Source: Candidatus Krumholzibacteriia bacterium
GTDB lineage: Bacteria; Krumholzibacteriota; Krumholzibacteriia; JAJRXK01
NCBI GenBank assembly: GCA_041484665.1
Contig: JBGPIA010000008.1
Coordinates: 1 to 64,000, forward strand
Length of the DNA: 64,000 bases
Direction: 5' to 3'
Shown here piece by piece: positions 46,462-56,675 of this stretch (its first letter is position 1; each line of letters begins with the position of its first letter). The position numbers were made by a program, and so were the translations under genes. A model generated the notes under the pieces. The model was not told the origin of the DNA and did not search any database. It saw nothing but the letters and a program-made list of their open reading frames with translations.

Positions 46462-47808
46462 TTACTGGATGTAGCCCAGCGCCCGCAGCTGCTCGAGGAT
46501 GCCCTTCTCGACGGCGGGGTCGTACTTGGCGGCGCCGCGCTGGTGGGGAGCCAGTGGCTCGTAGCTGGCGACCGCGTGCGTGAGCAGTCGGTCGACCCAG
46601 CGCTGGTAGCGAGGCTCCAGCACCTCCCCCAGGATGTGCCCGTCGAGGTCCTGCGCCGGCGGCACTCCGCTCAACACCAGGATCGTGGGCATGATGTCCT
46701 TGACCTCCGCCCTCTGCAGGCGCACGCCGGAGCGGATGTCCGGGCCTGCCATCATCAGGATGCCGTAGTCGGAGTGCATGCCGATACCCATGCTCAGCCC
46801 ATCGGCGGAGCTCCGGTACCCGTGGAAGCCGTGATCGCTGCAGACGATGACGCGGCTGCGCGGATCGACGTAGCCCAGCACCTCGCCCAGCAGCTCGTCG
46901 ACGTACTGGTAATAGTTGGGGATCAGCGAGTCGCACATCGCGATCTCCCACGGCTGCATGGCGAGACTGAGGCCCTTGGGCTTGAAGTACTGCCAGTACG
47001 TGTGCGACACCGCGTCGAGCCCGCGGAAGTAGAGGCTGAACACGTCGAAGCGACCGGGGGCATAGATCTTCCGGGCGGCGCGCCGGAACGTCTCGTCTGC
47101 CGCGTAGATCCACCGCAAGTCGCCCAACGTGCGCAGCGCCGAGTCCCCGTGTGCCCGCGCGATGCCGACGTCCACGAATCGCGCAAGCTGCTCCAGTGTG
47201 ATCGAGTCGGGGGACACGCGCAGCGAATCGACGGGGTGCCACAGCGAGTCGGGGGTGACGGCGCCCTGCACCTGGCTGCGCGGTCCGGGGAAGTACTGGG
47301 TGACGTAGTCGCTCACCAGCACTCCGTTGACGGGCGTTGGCGGATAGGTCATCCACCAGCCGATCACCGCCTGCTTGCGCCCCAGCGCGCCCAGAATCTC
47401 CCAGTAGGTGGCCGCCGTCCGCCCCGCCGATGTCTCCAGCCCCTGATCGTCCAGCTTCGTGAAGCCGCCCACGCCGTGCTTGTACGGACGCTTGCCCGTC
47501 GCGATCGAGGTCCAGATGGTGGGCGACTTCTGCGGCGGGCTGAGACTGCGCAGGGCGGCGCGCACGCCCCGCTGCTCCATGCCCGCGAAGTGCGGCATCT
47601 TCCCGGCGATGAGCTGCGGGTCGATCCAGGTCCAGTCGGCGCTGTCGAAGCCCACCAGCACGATCGGATCGCGCGCGGACGGCAGCGTCTTGGATCCGCA
47701 CCCCGCGCCGGCGAACACGCCCGCGAGGAGCGCCGCCAGCGTGAACGCAGCGCACGCGTGTGCGTCGACCGCGCACCTGCGCCGCGCACCGCTCACCCGA
47801 GGCTCCAC
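46462..47808 (-). CDS. Alkaline phosphatase superfamily (nucleotide pyrophosphatase/phosphodiesterase) protein, probable lipoprotein
   Basis: LVGFDSADW, SPTIWTSIATG, LDAVSH, SDHG, DIMPTIL, C-terminal QLRALGY. GTG start chosen from the RBS. Confidence 0.88.
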   Translation of the reverse strand: MEPRVSGARRRCAVDAHACAAFTLAALLAGVFAGAGCGSKTLPSARDPIVLVGFDSADWTWIDPQLIAGKMPHFAGMEQRGVRAALRSLSPPQKSPTIWTSIATGKRPYKHGVGGFTKLDDQGLETSAGRTAATYWEILGALGRKQAVIGWWMTYPPTPVNGVLVSDYVTQYFPGPRSQVQGAVTPDSLWHPVDSLRVSPDSITLEQLARFVDVGIARAHGDSALRTLGDLRWIYAADETFRRAARKIYAPGRFDVFSLYFRGLDAVSHTYWQYFKPKGLSLAMQPWEIAMCDSLIPNYYQYVDELLGEVLGYVDPRSRVIVCSDHGFHGYRSSADGLSMGIGMHSDYGILMMAGPDIRSGVRLQRAEVKDIMPTILVLSGVPPAQDLDGHILGEVLEPRYQRWVDRLLTHAVASYEPLAPHQRGAAKYDPAVEKGILEQLRALGYIQ

Positions 47809-47954
47809 GCCGTCCTCCCTGCACACGACGGATGCTGGAAACGCACGCGGACTGTGCGCGGGCTGCGCACGGACTGCACGCTCGATGCGCACCGACCGGT
47901 CCCTCGCTGCGCGCTCGCTGTGCGCGGACTGCACGCTGTGCGCGCGCGAGTGGA

Positions 47955-50669
47955 TCAGCGGATCAAGCTAACCACACGAGTCTGGGCCCGTCCATCCGCG
48001 ATGAGTCGCAGCAGGTACGCGCCCGAGGCCAGCGCGTGTCCACGATCGTCGCTACCGTTCCAGGCGAGCTGGTGGTCCCCGGCGTCGAGGCGACCGCGCA
48101 GCAGCTCCGCGAGGCGCCGGCCGCGCGCGTCGAGCACCTCGACCACCACGCTCCCGGCCGACGCCAGGGTGAAGCGGATGGTGGTCTGCGGGTTGAACGG
48201 GTTGGGCACGTTGGGCAGAAGCGCGGTGATCCGCCCGGGCGTCGCCGTACCGTCGAGCTGGATCTCGGCCGTGCTGGTCGCCACGACGCTGGCGCCCTGC
48301 GCCACCTGCACCCGGTAGCGCAGGCGCAGCCCGGGCCGCAGCGCGATGCCCTCGAGGCGGTCGAGAAACGCGATCGCGCCGTCGCCGCTTGCCTCTGACA
48401 GGTGGAGCCAGGGGCCCGTGTCGAGAGCGCGGTCGAGCTGCCACCACGCGCTGGCTAGCTCGGAGGCTCCGGCGTTCGCCGTGTTTCCGGGCGCCTGCCA
48501 GTGGAAGGCCACCTCCACGCCCTCGGGCTTCCGGGTCAGGCGCGGGCCGTCCAGCAGCACCGGCAGCAGGTCGTCCATGCCCCGCGACGACACGCTCCCG
48601 CCCAGCGTGCCCACGTGGATCCGCGGGACCGAGCCAGTGGTGAGCGCGAGCGCCTGGACCTGCTCCACGCGCAGCCCGTCGTTGAACTCCTGCCAGTGCC
48701 GGCCCCGATCCGCCGAGCGCCAGACGCCGCGGCTGTCGAGCCCCACGTACAAGTCGCGCGTCTGCGGCAGGTACAGCATCGCGTTCACGTCGCGGGCGGG
48801 CAGGGCAGCGCCAATGTCGCTCGCCACGCCGTGGTCGTAGATGTGCAGGCTCGAGGTCGTGGCGACCACGACCACATCGCCCGCCCCCGTGGGCAGCTCC
48901 AGGGCGCGGTAGGATGCCGACGGCGGTGCGGGCATCTCCTGTGCGGCGAACGGGCCCCCGTCGCGGCCGCTGTAGACGTCGTCATCGTCGAGGGTGAGCC
49001 AGATCGAGCTGTCGGCCGGCGCTGCCGCCAGCGCGAAACACGGCGTCTGGTTGGTCGACAGTCCCGCCACCGGATCCCAGGTAAGGCCGCCGTCGGCGCT
49101 GCGGAAGGCGCCGTGGTAGGTCGCCGCGTAGACCACCTGCGCGGCGAGCCACGGGGGCTGCAGGAACTGGAACACGGGCAGAGCGTCCGGCAGGCCGCTC
49201 ACCGGATGCCACGTGGCGCCGGCGTCATCGCTGCAGAAGCTGTTGCTGATAGCGCTGAGCAGCCAGCGATTGCTGCCACGCAGGCGGATCACACCGTTGA
49301 TGCCCAGCTCGTCGAGGTCCCCGGTGTGGTCCGTCCAGCTCTGACCGGCGTCGGGGCTGAGGTAGAGCCGTCCATGCCGGGTGCCCGCCAGCAGCGAATC
49401 GCCCCATGCCCACAGGCTGCTGATCCAGGCGGCGCGCAGGCCCTGGTTGTGCGGCTGCCAACTCCCGCCGCCGGGCGCGCTCCGCACGAAGCCTCGCGTG
49501 TAGGTCCCCAGCGCGAGCTGCAACGGGGAGGCCCCCTCCGCCAGGATGGCCCAGACCTCCGGGTGGGCGAGCCCCAGCCCGTCGGGCAGCAGCGTCCAGC
49601 TTTGCCCCAGATTGGTCGACGCGTGCAGGCCCAGCTCCGTGGCCAGCAGCACCGTGCCAGCTTGCGGCACCACCTGCACGGCGCGCGAGATAGGATGCGA
49701 ATCGGAGTCGGGAACGACCCCGGCGTAGTGGAATGGCTGCAAGCTCTGAAAATTCTCGGTCACGTAGAGGCCGGAGGCATAAGACGCCACCAGCAGCGTG
49801 TCGAGGCTGGTCCCCCAGGCTTCCAGGTCCTCCATGAGCACGTCGGGCAGGCCGGCGGTCACCTCCGTGAATGTCCGGCCGTGGTTGGCCGTCGTGTAGA
49901 GCGACGATGGCCCCAGCGCGAGCTGCTGCTGCGGAGCAAACGGAGGGATCACCACGTCCAGCATTGTGAAGTTCTCGAGCCAGCGCAGCGAATCGGGCCA
50001 GCTGCCGCCCCCAGTACGCGACAGCCACATCCCGTCGCTAGTGCTCAGCACGACGCTGCTCGTGTCGTCGGGTCGGATGGCGATGCCGGTGATCTCGGGA
50101 GCAGCGTCGTTGCCACCCAGCCCCACCGCATTGCGCGACTCCCACTGGAACGTGGGCGCCTGAGAGCGCCACACGCCGTGATCGGCGGTGCCAGCGTAGA
50201 CGAAGGGGGTGGTGTGCGACTCGGCAGTCAGCACGTTGATGTAGCGGCCCGACATCGCACCGGCGACGCTCGCCCACGTGAGCCCGTTGTCGTTGCTGAC
50301 GAACACGCCGCCGCCGAAGGTGCCGGCCAGCAGCGGACCCGGCATGCCTGATGGGCGGAGCAACGCGGTGACCCAGGCAATATCGGGTCCATGGCTGACC
50401 CAAGACCCGGCCGCCTGGGCGGAAGGTGCGGTGAGCATCACCCGGGACGCTGCGGCGAGCAGGAGCGCGCCGACGAGCGCGCGGGTGCGGACGAACTTGC
50501 TCGTGCGGATCGGCGCGTGGCCGCGCACCGGCGCATCGGTGCGGATGGTCGCATCGTTGCGGACGAGCGCATCGTTGCGGACGAGCGCACGGGAACGGTC
50601 GAGGGGGTCATGGGAGACGATCCGCCGACGTCGCGTCCCGGACGCCGTGTGCTGGGCTGAGCGGTCCAT
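47955..50669 (-). CDS. Secreted BNR/Asp-box beta-propeller protein with C-terminal FlgD Ig-like domain
   Basis: Repeated SxDxGxxW motifs; PNPFNP...WNGSDDRG..LASGAY. Start ATG 50669, or possibly later. Confidence 0.85.
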   Translation of the reverse strand: MDRSAQHTASGTRRRRIVSHDPLDRSRALVRNDALVRNDATIRTDAPVRGHAPIRTSKFVRTRALVGALLLAAASRVMLTAPSAQAAGSWVSHGPDIAWVTALLRPSGMPGPLLAGTFGGGVFVSNDNGLTWASVAGAMSGRYINVLTAESHTTPFVYAGTADHGVWRSQAPTFQWESRNAVGLGGNDAAPEITGIAIRPDDTSSVVLSTSDGMWLSRTGGGSWPDSLRWLENFTMLDVVIPPFAPQQQLALGPSSLYTTANHGRTFTEVTAGLPDVLMEDLEAWGTSLDTLLVASYASGLYVTENFQSLQPFHYAGVVPDSDSHPISRAVQVVPQAGTVLLATELGLHASTNLGQSWTLLPDGLGLAHPEVWAILAEGASPLQLALGTYTRGFVRSAPGGGSWQPHNQGLRAAWISSLWAWGDSLLAGTRHGRLYLSPDAGQSWTDHTGDLDELGINGVIRLRGSNRWLLSAISNSFCSDDAGATWHPVSGLPDALPVFQFLQPPWLAAQVVYAATYHGAFRSADGGLTWDPVAGLSTNQTPCFALAAAPADSSIWLTLDDDDVYSGRDGGPFAAQEMPAPPSASYRALELPTGAGDVVVVATTSSLHIYDHGVASDIGAALPARDVNAMLYLPQTRDLYVGLDSRGVWRSADRGRHWQEFNDGLRVEQVQALALTTGSVPRIHVGTLGGSVSSRGMDDLLPVLLDGPRLTRKPEGVEVAFHWQAPGNTANAGASELASAWWQLDRALDTGPWLHLSEASGDGAIAFLDRLEGIALRPGLRLRYRVQVAQGASVVATSTAEIQLDGTATPGRITALLPNVPNPFNPQTTIRFTLASAGSVVVEVLDARGRRLAELLRGRLDAGDHQLAWNGSDDRGHALASGAYLLRLIADGRAQTRVVSLIR

Positions 50670-50788
50670 CGCTTCGCCTTCCAGATGGGGGAGCCTTCGA
50701 GGGGGCCCCGGAGGGAGCGGTCCCATCGAGCGTAGCCGAGCCCCCTCCCCCCCACAAGGTATCGCTGGGAATGGCCGTCTTGGGCCTG

Positions 50789-52621
50789 TCAGGGGCCCGG
50801 CTGCGCATCTGGCTTGGCGCCCGCCGGCGCCCCCGGCCGCGCGCCCTGCGGCGCCGCGGACCCGGCGGCGGCTTCCGCCTGCTTGAGCCGAGCCAGCAGC
50901 TGCGGGTGGTTCGGCAACAGCGCCAGCGCCGCGCGGTAGCACTGCGCGGCCTGCTCCGACCGGCCCGACGACAGCAGGAGGTCGCCCGCCAGCGCGTGGC
51001 AGTGCACCAGCTCCTCGACGGGCGGGCGACCAGTGCGGCGCGCCTCGTCCTCCAGCCTCACGACCACGGCATCCAGCGCGCGCAGCGCCGCGTCGGTGCG
51101 GTGCATCATGGCCAGCGTCGTGGCGATGTTGATCTCCACGCGCCAGGCGGACGGATTCGCGGCGCGCACCGCCTCGAATTCGGCGAGCGCCTCGGAGTAG
51201 CGGCCCGACTCCAGCAACATACTGCCCACGTTCACGCGCAGCACGCCGGGGTCGCGCTGCACGCGCACCAGCCCCAGCAGCAGAGCCAGCGCCGCTGCGC
51301 CGGCGGTCACGGCCACGGCCGCCGTGATCCGCCGCGCGCGCAGCGCGTCCAGCAGCTCCATGCCGGCGTACGCGGCGAAGGGCAGGGCCGCAGCGGTCAT
51401 GGGCAGGCGGAAACGCTCGAACACGAAGAAGGGTACGAGCATCAGCCCCGAGCCCAGCACGAACGCGCGCAGCGCCCACAGGTCGCGCCGGCGGCGCGAA
51501 AGCCAGATCCCCACGAGCGCAGCGGGGAGCAGCACCCGTGGACGCGCCACGGGATCGCGCAGCACGCCCATCCAGCGCGCAGCCAGCCCGCTGTCCAGCA
51601 CGTCGGCCTGCTCCTGGGGGCCCCACAGCAGCGCGAGCTTCTTGAGTGTGAGCCCCAGCGCCGCCAACGGCTGCTGCCGCCACCACGCCAAGCCCCTCCC
51701 CCACCAGTGGCGCGAGACCTCGGCCGACGTCAGCGGCCGGCCCTCCGCCGCGGTGGCCAGCTGCACGGCGTCGCTCTCCTCGACGGTGGCGTCGCTGCGG
51801 TCCTGTCGCAGCGCGAGATAGCTCCCGTCCGCGCCGGTGTGGTTGCCGATGTAGAAATTCGTGCCGCCGCCGTAGGCCACCACCACGAAGCCTCCGCCGC
51901 GCGCCAGGTTCTGCGCGGTTGGCACCGCGAGCACCAGCACGCTTGCGAGCGCGTACGCGCCCAGCGCGCGTCTGCCCGGCGCGCTGGGCCAGCCACGCCG
52001 CGTGGCGAGCGCCCCCCCCAGCAGCAGCAGGACCGCCACGCCCGCCAGCTCGCCCTGCAGCAGCGACGCGAGCCCCAGACACAGCCCTCCCACAGCCCAG
52101 CGCCGGACCGGACGGCGGCGGGTGGTGGAGGCCGCAGCGGAGCCGGCGGCGGGCTCGACCAGCGCCGACACCGCCATCAAGCACAGCAGCACGCACAGCG
52201 CGGGTTTAAGGAGCAGCACTTCGTGGAACAACGCGATGGGATAGACCGCCCAGAGCAGTCCGGCCAGCGCCGCCTCACGCGGGCCGAAGCAGGTGCGTGC
52301 GATGCGCCACGTGAGCAGTGCGCTCATCACTCCGCACGCGAGCTGGATGACCTTCACCGCGGCGGGGCTGGCGCCCAGCCCCAGGAGAGCGGCCAGGAAG
52401 TAGCCGTAACCGGGAGTCTGGTAGAACGCGCCGTGCGATGGCGCTTTGCCGGCGAGTATCGACCTTGCGAGGTCGAGGTAGGCGGCCTCGTCCACGATCG
52501 GGGCCGTCCAGAAGGGCGCATGGCGCGCCTGGAGCAGCGCCACCACGCGCACGGCCACGGCGGTGAGCAGCACGAGCAGGAAACCAACTGATGGCCGCTG
52601 CGGAGGAGGTGCCCAGCCCAA
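50789..52621 (-). CDS. GT39/ArnT-like (GT-C) glycosyltransferase with C-terminal TPRs
   Basis: DEAAY, PGYGYFLA, multiple TMs, GGTNFYIGN, RFRLP; GGAGG and TTG start at 52621. Confidence 0.85.
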   Translation of the reverse strand: MGWAPPPQRPSVGFLLVLLTAVAVRVVALLQARHAPFWTAPIVDEAAYLDLARSILAGKAPSHGAFYQTPGYGYFLAALLGLGASPAAVKVIQLACGVMSALLTWRIARTCFGPREAALAGLLWAVYPIALFHEVLLLKPALCVLLCLMAVSALVEPAAGSAAASTTRRRPVRRWAVGGLCLGLASLLQGELAGVAVLLLLGGALATRRGWPSAPGRRALGAYALASVLVLAVPTAQNLARGGGFVVVAYGGGTNFYIGNHTGADGSYLALRQDRSDATVEESDAVQLATAAEGRPLTSAEVSRHWWGRGLAWWRQQPLAALGLTLKKLALLWGPQEQADVLDSGLAARWMGVLRDPVARPRVLLPAALVGIWLSRRRRDLWALRAFVLGSGLMLVPFFVFERFRLPMTAAALPFAAYAGMELLDALRARRITAAVAVTAGAAALALLLGLVRVQRDPGVLRVNVGSMLLESGRYSEALAEFEAVRAANPSAWRVEINIATTLAMMHRTDAALRALDAVVVRLEDEARRTGRPPVEELVHCHALAGDLLLSSGRSEQAAQCYRAALALLPNHPQLLARLKQAEAAAGSAAPQGARPGAPAGAKPDAQPGP

Positions 52622-52637
52622 GGCAGCCCTCCGGCCG

Positions 52638-53606
52638 CTAGCTTGCCGAGGACGAGGGCGCCGGGGGCACCGCCGATGCGGTGGACCCCAATGCCGGGGG
52701 CGTCGCCGGCGCAGTGGACCCCCCTGCCGGGGGCGTCGCCGGTGCCGTGGACTGGGGCGATGAGGAGGCCGTGGTTGTCGCCGCCGAACCCGACCCGGCG
52801 CGGCGCGCGAGGAAGGGCCGCAGCAGTTCGAGCGCTTCGTCATGAACGTGCCCGTTGCTGGCCAGCAGCTCGATGGAGGCCGGGCCGAACGGGGTGCCGT
52901 CGCCCGTGGTCACGCGGCCGCCCGCCTCGTGCACAAGCAGGAGCCCCGCGGCGACGTCATAGATGTTCTGGGGCACGCTCTTGCCGGCCAGCAGCAGGTC
53001 GAGCCGGCCCGCAGCCACGTACGCCAGCTCCAGGGCGATCGTGCCCAGACGCCGTGTCTTGAGCGCCCTCGTGTGGAGCGCCTGCAGCAGCGCCGGTTCG
53101 CGCACGAACAGGCCGCGCGACGACAGCTGCGTGCTGACGATGGCTTCCGAGAGGGTGCGGCGGTCGCTGGGGTGGATGCGCTGCTGCCCGAGAACGGCTC
53201 CGCTCCCGCGCGCCGCCAGGAAGAGCTCGCCCCGCAGCGGGTCGATCACGCCGCCCGCGAGCACACCCCCGCCGTCAGACACGGCGATGCTGACGCTGAA
53301 GAACGGGATGCCCAGCGAGTAGTTGAGCGTCCCGTCGATGGGATCCAGCTGCCACTCCCAGCGCGAATGGCGGGCGCCGCTCTCTCCGCGCTCCTCGCCG
53401 CAGATCCGATGTTCCGGAAATCGTGTGCGGATGCGGGTCACGAGCACCCCCTCGACCTCACTGTCGATCGGGGTGATCGCCTCGCGCCCGCGCTTGAACG
53501 TGAGCGGTCCGGTCGTGCCGAACCCCCGGGCGACCCGCTCGCCGGCCTCCTGCAGCAGGTCTGCGATGAACGCGCGCAGGGCGAGCGGCTCGGTGCCGGC
53601 GCTCAT
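52638..53606 (-). CDS. suhB: Inositol monophosphatase family protein
   Basis: GEE, LDPIDGTLNY, LAYVAAGRLD, YDVAAG. Confidence 0.85.
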   Translation of the reverse strand: MSAGTEPLALRAFIADLLQEAGERVARGFGTTGPLTFKRGREAITPIDSEVEGVLVTRIRTRFPEHRICGEERGESGARHSRWEWQLDPIDGTLNYSLGIPFFSVSIAVSDGGGVLAGGVIDPLRGELFLAARGSGAVLGQQRIHPSDRRTLSEAIVSTQLSSRGLFVREPALLQALHTRALKTRRLGTIALELAYVAAGRLDLLLAGKSVPQNIYDVAAGLLLVHEAGGRVTTGDGTPFGPASIELLASNGHVHDEALELLRPFLARRAGSGSAATTTASSSPQSTAPATPPAGGSTAPATPPALGSTASAVPPAPSSSAS

Positions 53607-54004
53607 GACGCAGCTCCGGCGGTCGGACCCCAGCAGGCGTGGGCGGCCGGATCCGTGGGGATGGCGGCAACCGGATCCGTGGGGCCGCAGGCGGTCGAAT
53701 CCTTGGGGACGCGGGTGGCCAGACCCCCGAAGGCAGGTGCGGCTGGCTGGGAAGCGACCAGGTCCATGGCGGAGGCGGGGGCCATCTGGACGGGCATCGC
53801 GATGGATCTGGCGAACGGTACGAGGGGCATCTCAAGGGCAGCGTACGACAGGCCCCGGTCAGGGGGCAACCTCGCCACCCCCCTCGTGCGTCTCAATACT
53901 GGTGATGGGACGCCCGGCGACTTCGGACTACCATGTCCGTGCGTGTCCCCGTACGCAAGCTTCCGCTACCACGATGAGCCATCGGACCGGTGAGGGCCTC
54001 CCGG

Positions 54005-56485
54005 ATGTCGCGCCCCAGAGGTAGCCGCCTGCTCCTGCTGGGCGTGAGTCTCATCGCCCTGCTGGCAGTGGGGATCTGCGTGCTCGACGCCACCCAGGTG
54101 CGCCCCACCGACGGCGCATTCTGGTTGCTGGGCGGCAAGGAGATCCGCGTCATCGGACTGCTGCCGGGCGGCCCCGCCGACGCCGCCGGCCTGCAGATCG
54201 ACGACGTGATCGAGGGCATCGCCCACACCCCGATCCGCTCGCCCGGCCACGCCGCGACGCTGCTCCAGCAGCACGCGGTCGGCGACACCCTCTCGTACAT
54301 CGTGCGCCGCGGGCCGGTGGTGGCGCCCGTCCAGATCGTGCTGGCGAGTACGCGAGCCACCGATCTGTCCACGTACTGGATCTACTGCGGGCTCGGGCTG
54401 GTCTACTTCCTGGTCGGCCTTTATGTGTTCTGGAAGAACTCGCATCAGAAGGCGGCCCGCCTCTTCTACCTGCTGTGCTCGGTCTTCATGGTGTTCTTCT
54501 TCTCGGCCAGCGAGCGCACCACCGAATACTACCTGGCCGAGCTGCTCTCCACCAACCTCAGCGCGTTGAGCAGCCTGCTGGTCCCGCCGCTCTTCCTGCA
54601 CTTCTTCCTGGCGTTCCCACGCGAGCGCGAGTTCATGCGGCGCCGCCGCTGGCTGGCCGCGGCGGTGTACGTGCTGCCGTTGCTCTTCTATATCCAATTC
54701 ACCCACAACCAGTTCTTCGGCAGCCGTCCCGCACAGATCTCCGGCGCGCAGCAGCTCGCGCTGGGGCTGTACTTCACCGGCGGACTGACCAGCCTGGTGG
54801 CCAACTACCTCAGCAGCCGCGACCCCCTGCTGCGCCAGCGCGTGAAGGTGCTCACGCTGGGCACGGTGCTGGGCGTGCTGCCCTTTCTGATTTTCAACAT
54901 CGCAGCGCAGATCCTGCTGGGACGGCAACGCTTCGCTCTGCTGGGGGCCGTGCCCATGGTGCTGGTGCCCGTGAGCTTTGGCTACTCCATCGCACGCTAC
55001 CGGCTGATGGACGTCGAGGTCATCGTACGCCGGTCGCTGGTCTACGCGGTGCTCACGGGCATCGTGGTCGGCGCATACCTGGTGATCGTGGTGCTGGTGG
55101 GGCGCACCGTCCTGAATCTCTCCGGGCAGAACAGCCAGCTCGTGGCCATCATCGCCACCCTGCTGATCGCAGCGGCGTTCACTCCGGCCCGCGACCGCAT
55201 CCAGGAGTTCCTCGACAGGCGGTTCTTCCGCGAGAAGCACGACATGCAGCAGGCGCTCAACGAGCTGTCGCTCTCCATCCCGCGCACCATCGAGCGTCCA
55301 GCGCTGGAGGAGCTGGTGCGCGGCTCGGTCACGTCGCTGCTGCACCCCAGTCGTTTCGCGCTGGTCCCGGCGAAAGAAGGCGTCCTGTGCATGGAGTGCG
55401 GGCAGGACGGCGACCCGCCCGGACGCCCGTTGCACGACCTCACTGGGATCTTGGCGCGCCGCCGCGTCCCCATGACCCACGAGATGCTGGCCCTGGAGAT
55501 CAGCCGTCCCGTCCGGGAAGGGCAGGGCTATCAGCAGCTGCCCGTCGAGATCGAGACGCTGCGCGCGGCGGGCCTCTCCACCGTCGTGCCAGCCTTCGCT
55601 GGCGATCGGCTCGTGGCCGCGCTCTGCCTCGGGCCCAAGCTGAGCGATTCGCCGTACAACGGCGAGGAACTCGACCTGCTGACGATCGTCGCAGGCCAGA
55701 TGGCCGTCCAGCTGGAGAACACGCGCCTCTACGACGAAGTGATCGAGCGCAAGCGCCTCGAGGAGGAGCTGGCGACCGCGCGGTCGATCCAGCAGCGCCT
55801 GCTGCCGCGCAGCGTGCCGGAGGTGCAGGGCTTCCAGGTGGCCGCTCTCAACCTGCCGTCGGCGCAGGTGAGCGGCGATTACTACGACTTCATCCCGTTC
55901 TCCGACGGCAAGGTCGGATTCATCGTGAGCGACGTCTCGGGCAAGGGGCTGCCAGCGTCGCTTCTGGCAAGCAATCTGCAAGCGTCGATCCGGGCGCTGG
56001 CGACGATCCACAGCAGCCCGGCCGCGATCCTGACGGCCGTGAACCACACGCTCTACGAGAACACCGACGCCGACCGTTTCGCGACGTTGTTCTGGGTGGC
56101 GGTCAGGCCCGCGGGGCGCACGCTGATCTACAGCAATGCGGGCCACAACCCGGCGCTGCTGCGCCGGGCCGATGGCCGCTGCGTCTGGCTGCAGGAGGGA
56201 GCCACCCCGCTGGGAGCGTTCCCTGGGATCGAGTACCCCGAGGCCGAAGTGGACTTCGTGCCCGGGGACCTGCTGATCCTGTACACCGACGGGGTCACCG
56301 AGGCGACGGACCCCCAAGGCGAGCAGTTCGGGACGGGAGGCATGCTCAAGGTGGTCGGGGAGTGTGCGGACTGGGAAGCGGAGGACATCGCCAACGCCCT
56401 GCGGGACGCGGTCTTCGCCCACTGCGCCGACAGCCGGACGGACGACGACCTGACCGTGATCGTGCTGCGGGCCATCGGGGTGTAG
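54005..56485 (+). CDS. Membrane sensor PP2C/SpoIIE (RsbU-like) phosphatase with PDZ and GAF-like domains
   Basis: GPADAAGLQIDD, multiple TMs, VSGDYYD, DVSGKG, NAGH, YTDGVTE, DDLT. Confidence 0.93.
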   Translation: MSRPRGSRLLLLGVSLIALLAVGICVLDATQVRPTDGAFWLLGGKEIRVIGLLPGGPADAAGLQIDDVIEGIAHTPIRSPGHAATLLQQHAVGDTLSYIVRRGPVVAPVQIVLASTRATDLSTYWIYCGLGLVYFLVGLYVFWKNSHQKAARLFYLLCSVFMVFFFSASERTTEYYLAELLSTNLSALSSLLVPPLFLHFFLAFPREREFMRRRRWLAAAVYVLPLLFYIQFTHNQFFGSRPAQISGAQQLALGLYFTGGLTSLVANYLSSRDPLLRQRVKVLTLGTVLGVLPFLIFNIAAQILLGRQRFALLGAVPMVLVPVSFGYSIARYRLMDVEVIVRRSLVYAVLTGIVVGAYLVIVVLVGRTVLNLSGQNSQLVAIIATLLIAAAFTPARDRIQEFLDRRFFREKHDMQQALNELSLSIPRTIERPALEELVRGSVTSLLHPSRFALVPAKEGVLCMECGQDGDPPGRPLHDLTGILARRRVPMTHEMLALEISRPVREGQGYQQLPVEIETLRAAGLSTVVPAFAGDRLVAALCLGPKLSDSPYNGEELDLLTIVAGQMAVQLENTRLYDEVIERKRLEEELATARSIQQRLLPRSVPEVQGFQVAALNLPSAQVSGDYYDFIPFSDGKVGFIVSDVSGKGLPASLLASNLQASIRALATIHSSPAAILTAVNHTLYENTDADRFATLFWVAVRPAGRTLIYSNAGHNPALLRRADGRCVWLQEGATPLGAFPGIEYPEAEVDFVPGDLLILYTDGVTEATDPQGEQFGTGGMLKVVGECADWEAEDIANALRDAVFAHCADSRTDDDLTVIVLRAIGV

Positions 56486-56675
56486 GGCGAGGGGTGGGCC
56501 GACCGACGGGGCGCGGGCGGCCAGGCTTGTTGGGAAGCAGGCGCAACCTGTGGTGCTGCCGGGGCGTACACTCCGCGGTGCCCTAGACGGCTCACCGCGT
56601 CGCCGTGGCGCGTGCAGCGGCGAGCGCGCGGCTATGGTCGCTGTAACGGATTCACTGGCAAGGAGTTGAACGCTC

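Noticed and set aside
50670..52196. N-terminal ~500 aa of the 1413-aa ORF
   Set aside because: Overlaps the GT39 gene in another frame and is low-complexity; the real gene starts near 50669.
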